A DNA stretch of 64,000 bases from Octopus sinensis (Eukaryota). How positions within the stretch are numbered: position 1 is the stretch's first letter; each line of letters starts with the position of its first letter. The notes beneath the pieces were generated by a model that was given only the letters and a program-made list of their open reading frames with translations, had not been told where the DNA came from and searched no databases. The DNA is taken from positions 72,416,001 through 72,480,000 of the forward strand of contig NC_043000.1 of assembly GCF_006345805.1 (NCBI RefSeq), in the 5' to 3' direction. Shown here piece by piece: positions 38,500 through 53,214 of this stretch. Position numbers and translations under genes: made by a program.

Positions 38500-39110
38500 A
38501 GGGTATGTGCACAGCTCCATCTAGACTATTCCATTTCTGCACTTAAGTTTTATTTTTTATTTATTCCCATTCATGTGAAACCACTTATTCAAGTTCAAGT
38601 CATTGATGCAATTTTATACCAATTGCTATTTTTACTTTTAATTATGTTACGATTTAATTATTATTACTTACTACATATAATTCAGTTGATTTTAATTATT
38701 ACTTACTACATATAATTCAATTGTTATTATTATCTCCAATTTTTATTGTTAAAGTAAAAGTATCTTACATAAAATAGAGAAATGTAATACTGAATAGTGG
38801 AGAAGATATGATATTGCTATGGGCTCGCCCTAAGCAAGAAGTTGAACAATTATTTTGCCCATGAAACTACATGGACCCTAAGTAAGGCATGTGTAAAATT
38901 TGAATGAAATTGGTTGTGTAGTTCTCAAGTTTTAGGGAATCATAGTGAAGAAGATATGATATTGCTATGGGCTCGCTCTAGGCAAAAAATGGAACATTCT
39001 TTTGCCGATGACACTCCCCGGACCCTAAGTAAGGCATGTGTAAAATTTGAATGAAATTAGTTGTGTAGTTCTCAAGTTTTAGGGAAACACACAGACAGAC
39101 AGACAGACAT
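38500..39110 (-). mobile_element. Non-autonomous Helitron-like repeat (reverse copy of 63269-63735) with an internal ~145 bp tandem duplication
   Basis: Shared reverse-complement sequence including (GACA)n and gaactacacaaccaatttcattcaaatttt. Confidence 0.6.
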
Positions 39111-39948
39111 ACACACACACACACACACACACACTTTGCTAATTCTTCGTATCAACATGCAAACATCAGATACATATTTACCCTTTTATTATAAGAAAAC
39201 GTAAATTCCCCCGCGGTCGACTTTGCCTTTCATCCTTCGGAGTCGATAAGTACCAGCTGAACACTTGGATCGAAGTAATCGACTTACCCCTCCCTCAAAA
39301 TTGCTGGCTTTGTGCCAAAATGTGACACCATTATAAAACGTAATTTTTATATCAAATTTGTGTTAGTCATCTCCATAAACAAAAGTTAAGTGAACAATTA
39401 TATGATGATATCAGTAGAGTTGAGGATCTTTTTAACCTAAAGATATTTGCTAATCAGTCGCCTTAACATATTAAGAGAATGTAGAAAACCCAAGTGTCAA
39501 AAGAAGCAAAATTAACAAAAAAGAGAGAGACAAATTGTTGGTAATACAAGAATTGTTTAAATAGTAAGTTATTGTTTTTAAGTGTTTTTAGGAAAGTATA
39601 TATTTAATACAACTATATAACTTTTTTGTTTCATTAAACGGTTAATTTTTCTTAGTAATGTTGCTTTTATCTTTTTCTTGATTATATTGCAGTAAAATAG
39701 AATATTATGTATTTCGTTCGTAAAACAACAGGCTTTTACTAGATTAGAAATAAGGATATGATGTTCGAATCGAGTTAGCTAGCATGTACGTAACCTGGAA
39801 TAAAACAATGGATAATGAGTGAAGTTTGAAGTCATCGAAAGAACTTTTTGGAGTTCTTAAAGAACTTTAAAGAAGCGGTTAATAGTTTTAAAACTTTAAT
39901 CATATTAGTCATTTTGTAGTTTAAAAAGTGTTTCTCTTTCTTTTCTAG

Positions 39949-39972
39949 TGATTTATCGAACAACTACGACTG
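39949..39972 (+). CDS. VWA-repeat protein, 24-nt linker microexon L2 (VIYRTTTT)
   Basis: tttctctttcttttctag acceptor with a strong pyrimidine tract, CTG|gtaaga donor; phase 1-1, in frame between B2 and A3. Confidence 0.7.
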
Positions 39973-40782
39973 GTAAGAACTAAATTTCGTTTCTATATGT
40001 ATTTCTCAAATCGACTAAATTAATATTCTTTTCTCACGCCAAATTTTCACGGCACATTTAAGTGAAATAAATTCCTCTGTGTTCAATATTCTCAGACATT
40101 CAGGCTAGCTAAACTTTCTAAAACCCATATGATCATAGATTACACTGCATACTAGTTAAAGTATTTAGTTTCTGCAACAACTTCAACTGAACTACTTAAT
40201 AAATATATGCCAAATTAAATTTCTTTCAGAAAATATTAGAATATATATTTTTTCGTTTTCATTATAAAAATATAATTATTTGATGAGGGAGAAATTTACA
40301 TTAGTGAAGGGGAGAGAAGATGTATCGTAACGGTCATACGAGTAGATTTCATGGGAGTATTTGAAATGTGAGTGAAGTTAAATACTTTTTACTGAGGACA
40401 GAAATGCATCACAGCTTTTGCTTACTTGAGCTTACATGTTGCTAGCTCTACAGCAAAACCAACGTTCAAACTATTCAAAATTGGATGCATAGCTTGACTT
40501 CTTCATAGATCGCACACAAAGAAGTCAGTCGGTGCCAACGGTTAACTTTCATATGAATAATTGACAAAAGGTTGTGGATTTCAGAATCGAAAGAGTACTG
40601 GGCAATGCAGTTGTTAGTTACATTTGTTATGTTTTGAGTTCCAATCCTACTTGGCTTTTCAGTTCCTTTTATCCCCTCATCAATACACTGAATTTTACTT
40701 CAAGTGGCTATACATATCCTCAATATTAATAATTTACGTAAGGATTATTCAACAAATGATACACATATATGTATGATTTCAG

Positions 40783-40931
40783 CAATCACACCTGTAATAT
40801 GTACCAATCCAGCTGACATCGTATTTGTTCTTGATTCTTCAACCAGTATCAGTAAAGCAGATTTCGAAAAACAGCTTGAATTCGTTAAATATTTTGTACG
40901 CAATCTAAATGTTGGTCAAAATGGAAACCAG
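40783..40931 (+). CDS. VWA-repeat protein, exon A3
   Basis: gatttcag acceptor, CAG|gtatgt donor; 149 nt. Translation AITPVICTNPADIVFVLDSSTSISKADFEKQLEFVKYFVRNLNVGQNGNQ. Confidence 0.9.
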
Positions 40932-43769
40932 GTATGTAAATATTTACATTTACTATATTTGATTACAAACCAAACTTTGCTGCCAGATATTCACGCGATA
41001 CTTACTTTCTAAGTACACTATAATGATTGTTCCCAAATTTCTGCAATTTACTTTGTGGTAACCATTTACATGAATATTATGTTTATTTATTTATTACTCT
41101 TTAATATTTGAGAAGACAAAGGAGGTGATCTAGCAGAGTCGATAGCACGCCAAGCAAAATGCTTAACAACATTTCGTTCGTTTTTACATTCTGACTTCAA
41201 ATTCCACCAAGGTCGGCTTTGCTTTTCATCCTTTCGATAATATAATCACAGGGGTCGATGTAAACGACTTACCCGCTACACTGAAATTGCCGGCCTTGTG
41301 TCAAAACTTGAAACCAATATTTGGGTTGACTATTTAATCAGATTGATGTAAGTTGAGTATAATTTACTTCAATCTGATTAAATTTTCAGCACTAAATTAC
41401 TATGCAGTATACCGTAGCTATCGAGGATCGTTAACATCTTGAATATACAAGATTTTTACTGCGTTATTCGGCAGCACATGCAACTCATTTTCAGTTGAGT
41501 AGAGTGAAGCAACATGTAATAAAATGCCTTATACAAGAATATAAATGAACCACCTGGTCCCACAACCTGACGATTCTAGGTCCAATAACCTAATTACTAG
41601 GTCGCGCGCATTCAAATATACAGTAATTTGGATGGAACTTTGGTTTCATTAATATTATTCCATCGCTGATTACATATTTTCCAGGTGGCTAAAAATTGAC
41701 AAGAATGGAGGATATTTCCAGCAGAGTAATAATTAAACCCATAATTAAACCAATAATTAAATCAATAATAATTAATCAGATCACAAGCAATTCAGCATTT
41801 CAAATTTAAAGTCGCTATTTAGTTTCTATTTTTTAATACTTTGATAACTTGATTTGCTACATCTATGGTAATCTATTGTATTCACTAAAGGCTTTTACCT
41901 AATTTCATCTCGATATATCACGATATCTTTATTAAAGAAAAGCAAAGAAAAGAGCATATAATTTTGCCTTTAGAAAAACAGATTTTTTTAGTATAAGGGC
42001 ACAGATGAAGAAATCTCCCTCCAATACATAAAATATTGTGGTTTCCATATATCAAGTATTATCATCTGAGACTAAATGCCTAGTCATCAAGACGTGGAGG
42101 TGGCGTGACAACAGTTTTCTCAAACCTGCTTACAGTCGTGCTACAATATCTGGGAGGTGGAGCACAAATCACAGCCACAGATATATTCAGTCATATCGTT
42201 CACTATCACGTTTGCAATACAGATAGTGATCGCCGAGATGACCAAAAACATGTGGTCGGGTGGGGACTGCATGAAGTCGTCAGAGTGCCATCCTAGAATT
42301 GCACTCTGTCTTCGATGTAGATGAAGAAAGAAAGCGCTGCAATTGGTAGTCCGGACATTAATGCCAAAATGTTACACAAGCTGTAGCTGTAAGAGCGCTT
42401 CCTTTTCGGTGAAGTAGAAAACGCAGGGGATACAAGAAACTGGAAGAGGGAGGCGCAAACATTATAAAAAGGATACAGAAACTACAACCCCCAGCTCTGA
42501 TGATGATAAAAAACACACTTTATGTCCAACACCGAAAATCTTAAAAAAAAGTCACCTCATCTTTGGTGCTGGAAGCTAACGACTATGAGGGAAATTTTCC
42601 CTACACAATAGCATCATCCTACGTCTTGCGATGATGAGGAACAAATGTGGCTGCTGCCAAAACTGATAAGTGCAAAAATGGAAAAAATTAATTCAAACTA
42701 AAGGTTCCGAGAGCATTCAGAGAGAGTCCATTTCCAATCAGATCACAAATTCTACACAGCTGTTGAGATAACAGCTGAAATCGATATGGTTCTACTCAAC
42801 AGCCAGGAGGAACACAATGAAGAACTATTGCTGACTTGAAGAAACACAGAAATGGAAGGTAGACAGAGCTGCAGAATGCTCTGTTACTACGTAAAAGTTG
42901 GTTTCCCACTCATTCACACTGCAAATTTTATATTGATTATATCTTATCTTTTTTGCTCTGTTTATTTAAACGATATAGTTATTCTCTTTCTAATATATAT
43001 CAATTTTAAATGTCCCAAAGTCATGTACCCTTCCTTGTTTCTTATACAATTGTTTATCGTAGCCTACGCTTCTTGGGACGCGATATTTTATGAATGAATG
43101 ATTCATGAAGTTGCCCTCCACAACAAAGGAAGACGTGATAGGGCAGAGCAGATAGTTTTCCTCTCATTGGTGGCTTTGGTGAAAGTGATTATGGTGCGTG
43201 AAGTTGGAAAGAAATAAAGACAGCTCGTTTCTTCTTCAGTCAAGCCTTAATCGATTTTTTTCATATTCCATTGGGAAAGAAATGTGAGAGTAAAGGAGGA
43301 AATGCTCACTTCAAGTGAATTTGTGAAAAGGTGGATAACTATTACGAAATGCACCTTAATTGAGAGAATAACAGCTAGAAGGCAGTTGCCGTAATAGCCA
43401 GGTTGGTCTGGTACCTATAGGTCCTTTGATTATCCCTCGCTCGGGGTCCTTATGAATTAGGATGACTGTATCTTCCACGTGTTCAAGTCTATACATACGA
43501 TATATAGGCTTTATTTTATTCCCTTTTTTACCCCTCACCCAAATTTATGTAAACCCCATACTACAGGTAACCTTTGTAATACCCACTTCGTTCCTATGGC
43601 ACATGAAATATTATCATTATTTGTACCAATCACTTGCCGAGAAACACCCAGCATCCTAGGGCGAGTGAAGGATAAGACATGTTACAGTATGACAGAAAGC
43701 TTGGGGAGAAGTGACAGGGAGATAGCGAAATATCTTCATTTAGTACAGCACAGACATTTAAACTGATAG

Positions 43770-46700
43770 GGTTTTTCTAAGGATGTGGGCAATACTTGTT
43801 AGCACAATCTTTTGGATTTTGTCTGAGACATGGTTCTCCTGGGATGTTATTTGGATTTCTGACATCCCTTTTTTAAAATCATACCTTCGGTACTTACAAT
43901 AACAAGAACAGTTCTTGCTTTAAGATGCCACATCTTTTGTATTTCAATTTCCAGGTCCTTATATTTACTTAATTTGTTAAATTCCTTTACAGATATATTT
44001 TTATTAGTGGGAACATATCTAGTAGTCTACAAGAACTTTTTTCGCTGTCTTTTATAATTATGTCTGTTCGTTTAGTCTGGATCGTTTTGTCGGTGTTGAC
44101 TGGAAAATCCCAGAGGATAGTGACATTTTTACCTTCAACGACTGGCTCAGGATGATGTTCGTACCAGTAAGCAGGAGTGCCGATTTTGTAGTATTTACAT
44201 ATTTTCCAATGTAAATACTGTCTTATCATATCGTGGTAATTTTTGTATTCATTTAGTGTCAGCACAGGACATCCCGGGACGTAAAAGGTGTCGCAGAATA
44301 TGCATTTAGAGTCAGAAATGCTTTGAAGAAAGTTAGCCTGGTAGTTTCTGGTAAACAAGCTTTGATCTTGGGCTGCTAATATGAAACCATCAGTCTCTGC
44401 TTTCAGTCCTGAATTTCTCAGCCACTGAGGGGTTGTTGCTTGGTCTACATCAGTATTTCGATTTCGAAGAATCTGTCCATGCAGATGCTTCTGGCTCTAC
44501 CGCTCCTCAATTTGTTCCTGTCCGTTCTTTATTGCAGTCTTCTTGATCCGTTTTACTTGTTTTGGTGGCAGTGATTTCAGGTTCTTCATTTTGCTGCTTT
44601 CGAGTTTGCCCGCAAGCCGCAGCATCCAGTCCTTTGCTCATTGCTATTGTGCAGGCTTTATAGCACAGTTCTGCATCATTCATCTTCCCCCATTACTTCT
44701 AGGTAGCTACAGACGACCGACATCAGCTTTTGGGTGTTGCATGTTCATAGATATTAGTAGTTTCTTGTCTTCCCATCCAGGCTTTGGAGCTCCGTAGGAT
44801 TCTAGTTAATGGTTTTAAAACTATATTGGACTACTGGAAGTACCAGGATGTTAATGGCTTCGATGCGATATTTAAAGTTGAGTTCAGTTTCCAGTATAAA
44901 TCCCATTCTTCTATAATACTCTTTTCTTATTTTTTCTTTCATAGTAACATGTTGTATACTATCTCCTTCGTTTATCCTCAGGATTTTATAATTTTCTTGC
45001 GGGTCAAGCTCTTTGATGGTAACGTTGGTATCTAACTTAATGGGAGCTGCTTTTCTGAGCTTGCTTCTTACGAAAGTTGCTTTAGCACACTTATCAAGGC
45101 CAAAATCCATCCCGATGTCATTGCAACTCTACTAGCTCTTGGTCATCTTTAGTAAACAACTTCAGATCATCTATTTAAAACAGATGGTCTATTATAGCAT
45201 TATAAATTTTGTACCCATCTCTGGTGTTATTCAGTTCGTTTTAGCGTATGATCAGTGTCATGCAAAAGAGTAATGGGGAGAGGGGGTCACCTTGAAAGAT
45301 GCCTCGTTTGATGTTGGTGTTGTTAGATTGCCTCATTCCATTACTATGCTTTAGAAGGAGGCGTGTGTTCCACTTGGCCATGATATCTTGTAAGTATTCG
45401 GAGACGACAGGAGAGATCTTATGTATCTCAAGGGCCTTGAGTAGCCAATTATGTGGGACATTATCAAACGCTTTCCTGTAATCTATCTATGCCATAATCA
45501 AGTCCTTATTGCTCCGGCAAATGTCTACAATCATTCTATTTATGAGTACTTGATCTTTGCACCCATAAGAATTTCTTTTACTATCTTTTTGAGCTTGTGG
45601 AAGGTAGAATTCTTTTCAAGGAAAGCGTATATTCTTTCAGTTAGTATTGATGTGAGGATCTTGTAGGTGGAGTTGAGACATGTTATTGGTCGGTAGCTCT
45701 TCGGATTTTTTGAAGATATGATATTCCCTCAGTCAGCCAGGCAGGTATTTGCTCAGTGTTCTGGGTGACATCAGTTAGAGGTGCAGCAAAATTTTGGTGT
45801 ATTTCTGTCAAGCAATTCAGCCAGAAGTTATGGGTCCAGTCCAATCCTGGAGTTTTCCATTCGTGAAACTTTCTGAGAACCCGTCTTAGCTCTTCTGTTC
45901 CTATTGCCTCCCATTTTTGCTCTTCAGCTTTATCCAGTCTCACTTTCTCACGCTCAATCCAGTCAGCTTCAGCATTATATTCTTTTTTGTCGCTCCATAT
46001 CTTCTTCCAGAGTTCTTCCATTACCTCGATCTTAGGTGGCTCCTTTACTTCTATCTTACTGATGCCAATTTCCCTATAAAATGTTTTGCATCCGTCTTGA
46101 ATACCGTATTTTGCTGATAAAATTTGATTCTATTATCATACTTTTTAAGCCGTTGAACTTTCAGCTGTATTCGCTGTTGCAATAGTTCCTTGGTGGCAGG
46201 GAAGTTTATAAAATTTTTGATTTTATATTTTTGTTTGATTTTTATAGCTTGTTTCGTCTTAACATTTACTCTTCTAGCAAGTTCATCGAGAACTGATACA
46301 GTCTCTCGCAGAGTTTCTTTGTTTTGCTACTTTGCATTTAGGACATGGTTGGTCCTTTTCCTTGTCCTGATACCTACTTGAGCAGTTACAACTTTAGCAG
46401 TGGAATAGACGATGTTATTTAAATTTAAGTCATTCCCCTTATTTCTTAAGATCTGTCTAAGAACAACGTTATATATCATGATTATGTTGTTATTTTTTAT
46501 ACTGTTTGAGAACTTTGGTAGCAGTTCTCTGTTGATCATGTCAGTGAAGTTTTGCTGAGTTTTCTCATAGTATCTTCTTTTGCTTCTAAGATCTACTCTT
46601 TATTATTCACCTCATATTCTGTGTCATTTCTATTCTGGTGTTCGTGAGGTAGGTCTACATTCTCCTTTCTTTTCTGCATATCTGCTCTTCACTATTCGTC

Positions 46701-47330
46701 TTTCAGCGTCCGCGTTGGTATGTACTACTCGTACACTGGGTTTCATGCATTTGTTACCTATTTCATCTGCATTGTTGACATTTTCATTTGGTCTACCATG
46801 ACATATTTGTGTCCTAATTTGGTTAATTTCAGCGTCATTTAACCTTTATTCTTAATGATGTCTCAACGTACATTATTTAATTTATTTGCGTCTATATGTC
46901 TACGAACTTCATGGCCTACGACGTTTTTCCACGAAATGCGTGTTTATACAATGATGTTACTGTTTGGGTTCAATTGGGCTGTATAGAAAGCTTTCAAAAT
47001 ATATCTATAATCCTCTCTAGACCATTTTATGTAGTATTTTTGATGGTGTCACTACAGGTCTAGGGTTTGGAATATCCTGGTTCTGGTTACCTAGTAGATC
47101 GTTTTATTCATTATTTTTTTGAGAGTTTGTTCTCTAGCAGCAGACTTTTTGACCCCAGCCTAGTTCTCCGCTGGTTAACGCGGTCCTTGTTGTCCCGGGC
47201 GATGACCGATCCAGCATGAGTTTTGGCTTGTCATTAAAGCATTGACCGTGACATTAGGGGACGTGTCTGTTTGTTCAGAGTTGACTTTTTGACATGACAA
47301 GGCTTCCTTGTTCTTCGAATGGATACATGT
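43770..47330 (-). mobile_element. Degraded near-full-length R4/Dong-like LINE (older family)
   Basis: Fragments with WKTPGLD, FQGDPLSPL, MDFGLDKCAKATF, AQDQSL and ILWDFPVNTD...HILRKTLSV. Confidence 0.85.
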
Positions 47331-47981
47331 ATCATATCGCAGCCGCATAAGGCTAATAGGTCGGAATTCGCATCTTCTTTTCTTCTTGGTAGCTATGTTT
47401 CCGGGTATAACTGTTTAGTGATGTTTTAACTTGACTAATTTGCTCCTTTTTTATATTCGTTTGTGGGAAGTCGCTTTGTTTTTGTTTGGTTTTGCGTCGC
47501 TCGTGACACATGTTTGTGTGTGTGTATGTGTGTGTTTGTGTGCACGTGTGTGTCATGTAGGCATTATTTATGTTTCTTATAAATATTGAAATGTGCACAT
47601 GTATGCATGGACAGTTGCATGTATAGGTAGTTGTTCAATTTACGCACTTATGTAATTGGTGTGTTTTTCCATGCTTCCTGGTGCTGGTTTCGACTTCTTG
47701 CCCATGTCACATTGAGGTATCGCGCATTTAAGAAAGAAACTACACTTTATATGAAAGATATTTCCGATCTTATTTGTTCTTTGCTTTAACAGAACTTTTC
47801 CCATAGTTGCATTGTGGAAGTTTTCTTTCCATTGTACCGATGTAATTGGATTATATTTGTTTTGTGGAGGGAGCTTCTGAGAGAGTACGTCCATATTGTT
47901 ATTTAGCCCGGAGCTCTTTCTTCTTCTTCTTCTTCTTCTTCTTCTTCTTCTTTCTTCTTCTTATTATTATTATTATTATTA

Positions 47982-48025
<44 letters not shown>

Positions 48026-49039
48026 TATTATTATTCGACTATGGAGAGATAATTAATCTGAAGTAAAAGTAAAGTTGCAGATACTGCTCACCTCACAAAA
48101 CTTACGAAGGGTTTCCATATTCATTCAACTGGAGAATTTGACAGCAGGTAGTTGTATTATAGTTGTAATAGTACCAATTGCGAGAGCCCCTCTGGCAAGA
48201 ACAGACCCTACTGCTTCCTATACCATCATTATAACAGTAGAAGTATGAACAGCAGGAAAAAACGAGAGTACTAAGCATACAAACGCATCAACCTTCAGAC
48301 GCATCTTCATCTTCCCCGTCAATAAATTCATCAAACAGCGAGGAGAAAAAGAACCCAGGAAACGACAAATAGCTACAAGCGACGCCAAAAAGAAAATATC
48401 AAAAGAGATAAAACAGAACTTTACCGATATACCAAAATAACACATAATAGTCACTCATCAACATAAGCGTTAAGATAACAACGAAAGAACAACACAACAA
48501 TATCCAAAACCACCACATCAATCCACAACAATGAAAACAGCGGCAGAAAAACATACAAGTATAACAACAAGCAACAACAACAGAATACCAAAAGAAACAA
48601 CTTATGCAACAACCGCGACAGTGAAATGCATAAAAAGTAGACATCGTCAACTTGACCATTATAAGTAAAAACAGAAATGACTTTATAGAGTATATATATA
48701 TCACAGCAATAAAAATAGAACAACAAAAGGAGAAAATTTTAAGAAATACCTTCTCAAATTATTTGATGACCAAATATTAGCAAAAAACGTACAGTTTCCC
48801 AGGATGTGTTAGAATTGAAAGAAAACGAGAGAATTATATATTTAGAAGGGATTTTCAAGAAACATCATCCTTAAGAAGAAATCTGACTATCGGCCCTTCT
48901 CGAGAATCAAATTGAAGAACCTCTTTCGCTACTCTTTTCTTCAATATACATGGCTTCACACAGAGTGATGTGTGCAAATGTACGTGATCTGCGATCAGCT
49001 TGGAACCGAGATCACACGTCCAGCGATCTCAAGTCACAA

Positions 49040-49410
49040 GAGGTCATACATAAAAAGATAACTGATTTTATCTTTTTTTTTCCTTGAACCCATACCCAGC
49101 TTTCTTGTTTCTCAAAAATCAAAACCAGTGATGTCGTTCAAAAAAGCAATGATGACAAGCAATCCCCTTGGAAGCTTCCACTTTTGATGTTGACAAAGCC
49201 TAAGCTCCACCTCCCCGATGTGTGCTCAATGGTCCATCCATTTGTACTTTAGTTCAATAGTTTTACGACATTGTGCGCAATTCCAAATACTTTTCGTCAA
49301 TCCATAATTCACAAATGAGGACCCATATGATATGCTTTCCGATAGTCTATCCACGCCATTCCTAAGTTGGTACTACTACTACTAAGTTGGTACTACTACT
49401 ACTACTACTG

Positions 49411-49482
<72 letters not shown>

Positions 49483-49901
49483 TCATCTATATGTCTCTCA
49501 TCAAGTAAGCTGCCACTGCTCCTTTCCTGTGCTATGAGATTACTCTTGTTATTAAGAACTGTATTTTCATTGTTATCTCTGCTGCTGTTTTCCATGACCC
49601 GTCTTTCGATAGCTTCGAGCTCTACTTCTGTGAACCAACAATTTTTTCTTATTGCTCTAGCTTGATCACATAGTCACTGTTCCGTGAGTTGAAACAATCC
49701 CTTTTCTCTCCAACGATCATACATACGTTGTCTGTAACCCTTAATTTGAGCACCATTTTCATCCACCTGGTTGCTCAGGTAGTAACACTCCATGACCACA
49801 ACATTAATTTGTTTGTTCCATCTACGCCGTGTGTGGTGGTCCCTTTCTGGATATCGACAGGCTGGAGCTGGGCCATATTCTAGATTATTATTATTATTAT
49901 T

Positions 49902-49940
<39 letters not shown>

Positions 49941-49947
49941 ATTATTA

Positions 49948-50022
<75 letters not shown>

Positions 50023-51091
50023 TATTATTATTATATTATTATTATTATTATTTTACTTCTCAAAGCTCTCGGTCTTACTTGTTCTGGTTGATTCCATTGT
50101 GAGAGGTCTCCCAGTCTTTTTCCACAAATTATAAGCTTTAGTACTTGGATGTTAAATTATTGTGGAAGACAAGCACCAATCTCAAAATCCTGCCTGTTTC
50201 AATAGAACAGTTTTGGGGGTCTGCTCTGCCTTTATGTCAATTCTAATTTCTCCAGCATATTTCTCGAACTTGGATGTTAGTGCTTCGAGTGCGGCTGCAG
50301 CTGCTGCTGCTGCTGCTACTACTACTACTACTACTATCATTATTATTATTATTATTGTTGTTGTTGTTATTATTCGATATTCGATAGAAGAGAAAACTCT
50401 TCCCGGTATTGTATTGCATCCGTTCGTTTTGTTATGAGGTCTGGTTGCATTTTTTTTGTTTTATTAGTGTTTGTAGTGCGAGTTGTGTTCTTCTGTTGGG
50501 TATCCGATTTGTAAAGTACAGTTGTGGGATTGTTTATTTTATTGGATATTTACTATACAGAGTGTGTCATGTGTTTGTGAATTGTTTTATTTGGGTTGCA
50601 CTATTAAATTGATAGTGTCTTGCGTAGGATGTAGGCTATTTCTATTTTGGGGTCCACGTACAACTTCTACGTTTTTATTTATACGTTTTTTTTTATCATA
50701 AGTAATGGTCCAATTAACACTGGTATTGTTTTCATCTTCATGCCCAAACCTTGAATACTTCAATTTCGAAGTATTTCTACTTTGACAAATTTTCCACTTC
50801 TTTTGGGGCAATATTTTGGTCCGAAGGGACTGTAATGTCTACCAGTAAGTAGGTGTTTTTTAAATCCAATTCTTGATTGTTATGTTTCATCGATTAGCTT
50901 TTATTTTTTTGTCAGTTTAAGCTGTCATGTTCAAGATAAGTGCGGCCTGGTCGTTGTCTTGTAACCAAATTGGTACATTTTATACCATTTCATGTTAGAT
51001 TTTATGTTGTAGTGTTGCCATATAGTCCAGTGGATATAACTACTTATTCGGACAAGTCTGAATGGGCATAATATATACATACACACATGCA

Positions 51092-51136
<45 letters not shown>

Positions 51137-51745
51137 CTGTATAATAATATATCATCATAATATATATCCTCCGAGTTGATGCGACAATTTATAGATACAA
51201 ACAATCGAAAAGAGATGAGCTAACCCTAGTCAGTATTGAACCCACAAATCAACGCTAACATGACTCTTTGCGCGTCCGATTGGGCCAAACGCTCACCCAT
51301 CAATTTCAGCCAAATTTAGTGACTATATACTTATACAGTATAAGTATATATTCATTCAATTTGGATACGCAAAGAACCATTTATTTGTGGGTTCGATTCT
51401 AGCTAGGGTTAGCTCATCATTTTACGGTCATTTGTTTATATTTAAAAAATTGTCGCTTCAAATCGGAGAATATACATTATTATGATATATTATTATACAG
51501 TTATAAGACGGCGAGCTGGCAGAATCGTTAGCACGCCGGGCGAAATGCTTAGTGGCATTTCGTCTGCTGCTACGTTGTGAGCTCAAATTCCGCCGAGGTC
51601 AACTTTGCTTTTCATCCTTTCAGGGTAGATAAATTTTAGTACCAGTGAAACACTACGGTCAAAGTCATAGACCAGTCCCCTCCCAAATTTCAGGCCTTGT
51701 GCCTCCAGTTGAAGGGGTTATTATACGGCTATTATTATACAATAA

Positions 51746-51782
<37 letters not shown>

Positions 51783-51814
51783 GGGGTTATTATACGGCTA
51801 TTATTATACAATAA

Positions 51815-51859
<45 letters not shown>

Positions 51860-53150
51860 GATTTGGTAACGACTAAACAGCGATAGGACCTGTTTTCATT
51901 ATTTTGCTTTTATAGTTGCTTGTGGTTTTGTACAGCGAGTACCATCCCCTCCGTTTTTACCTTCAGCCCAGAGATTTTGAGCCCTTGTTGGCTATTACCA
52001 GAGCTCATTTCTTTTCTCTCAAACAACGTATTGGCCATGGAGTGATTCTCTCTTCTTTTTTTCTTCAGTATGTTTTGTAGTCCTGTTTTCATATTGCTTT
52101 TACTCTCTTTGGCTATTTCTGCTATGCTGTCATCTAAGATCAGTGTATCAGTGTAGTTAGTTTCTGTTTTGATCTTTGTCGCTTCCTTGTGTATAGAGAA
52201 AAGCGTTTTCTTTTCTCCGTGTTGCTTTAATACCTGTAGTAGTCTTCCGCTTTTTGTTTCTAAGTACTTCTCTAGTCCTGTTGTTGTTTTACAGTAGTTC
52301 TGTATCTGTGTTAGGCCGCGACCGCTTTCTGAGCGGCGTAGATATATTCGGTCTGTGTCTGCTTTGGGGTGGTGACTTCGGTATGCTGTTAATAGTTTTC
52401 TGTTTTTTTCTATATAAATTTATCAATTCATTGAACTTCCAGTTTATTATATTGAAGCTGTAATTTATGACTGGTATGAGTAGCGTATTATCTTACTTTT
52501 AGCACTAAGCTCAGTGTTTACTTTAATATTCTGTCTTAATTTTCTCTTTCATTTCTGTGTCTTGTATTTTAGCTATTTCGTCTATTCTTAGATATTTGTA
52601 TGAGCGATTGTGGTCTAATTCTCTGATTTCTGTGTCAATGTCGAGTGCAGTATTTTCAGCACTGATTAATTTACTTTTACTCAGTGTCACTTTGGCACAT
52701 GTGTCCAACTTCATGTTCATCCTGATGTTTTGTTGAAACTATCGACAATTTTTAGATGGCCCCTGGTATTTTTAGTGAAATGTTTTAAGTCATGTGTGTA
52801 GAGGAGAGATCCGTTACCCATGGTGGTTCAATGTAAAAAGTTTGTTAGTAGAGTCAGAGCAAGGCAGAAAAGCAGGGGTGACAACGAGTCTCCTTGGAAA
52901 ATTTCACTTCTCATGGGTATAGATTCATTTTTCAGTGATATACTGGTTTTCCAATTTGCCATTGCATGGTTGATATAGTTTAGTAGTTTTAGAGTTACTT
53001 TATCTATCTGGAGAGACTCCAATATCCATGAATGTGGAACACTATCTAATACTTTCTGGTAAAACAAGTCTGCAATTTTTCTTGTCATTAATTCCGTTTA
53101 GTGGCAGACTTTGAGATAAAAGTATGATGAAATTAAGAACAAATAGCTAG
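49040..53150 (-). mobile_element. Cluster of degraded RLE-LINE fragments interrupted by microsatellites, a fold-back element and a SINE
   Basis: LGMAWIDYRKAY (~49330), [15 protein letters not shown] (~52850) and SGLKVKTEG (~51960). Confidence 0.7.
51132..51503. repeat. ~370 bp imperfect fold-back element adjacent to (TA)n
   Basis: tataactgtataataatatatcat / atgatatattattatacagttata outer arms; central tatatacttatac-a-gtataagtatata. Confidence 0.7.
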
Positions 53151-53214
53151 AATAATAAAAGAAATGATATGAATAATGTATGTAGACCTACGTATTGATT
53201 AAATGTATGTTTTT

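Noticed and set aside
40392-40415. CTGAGGA-ca-GAAA-tgca-tc motif
   Set aside because: Lacks stems I and II; chance match.
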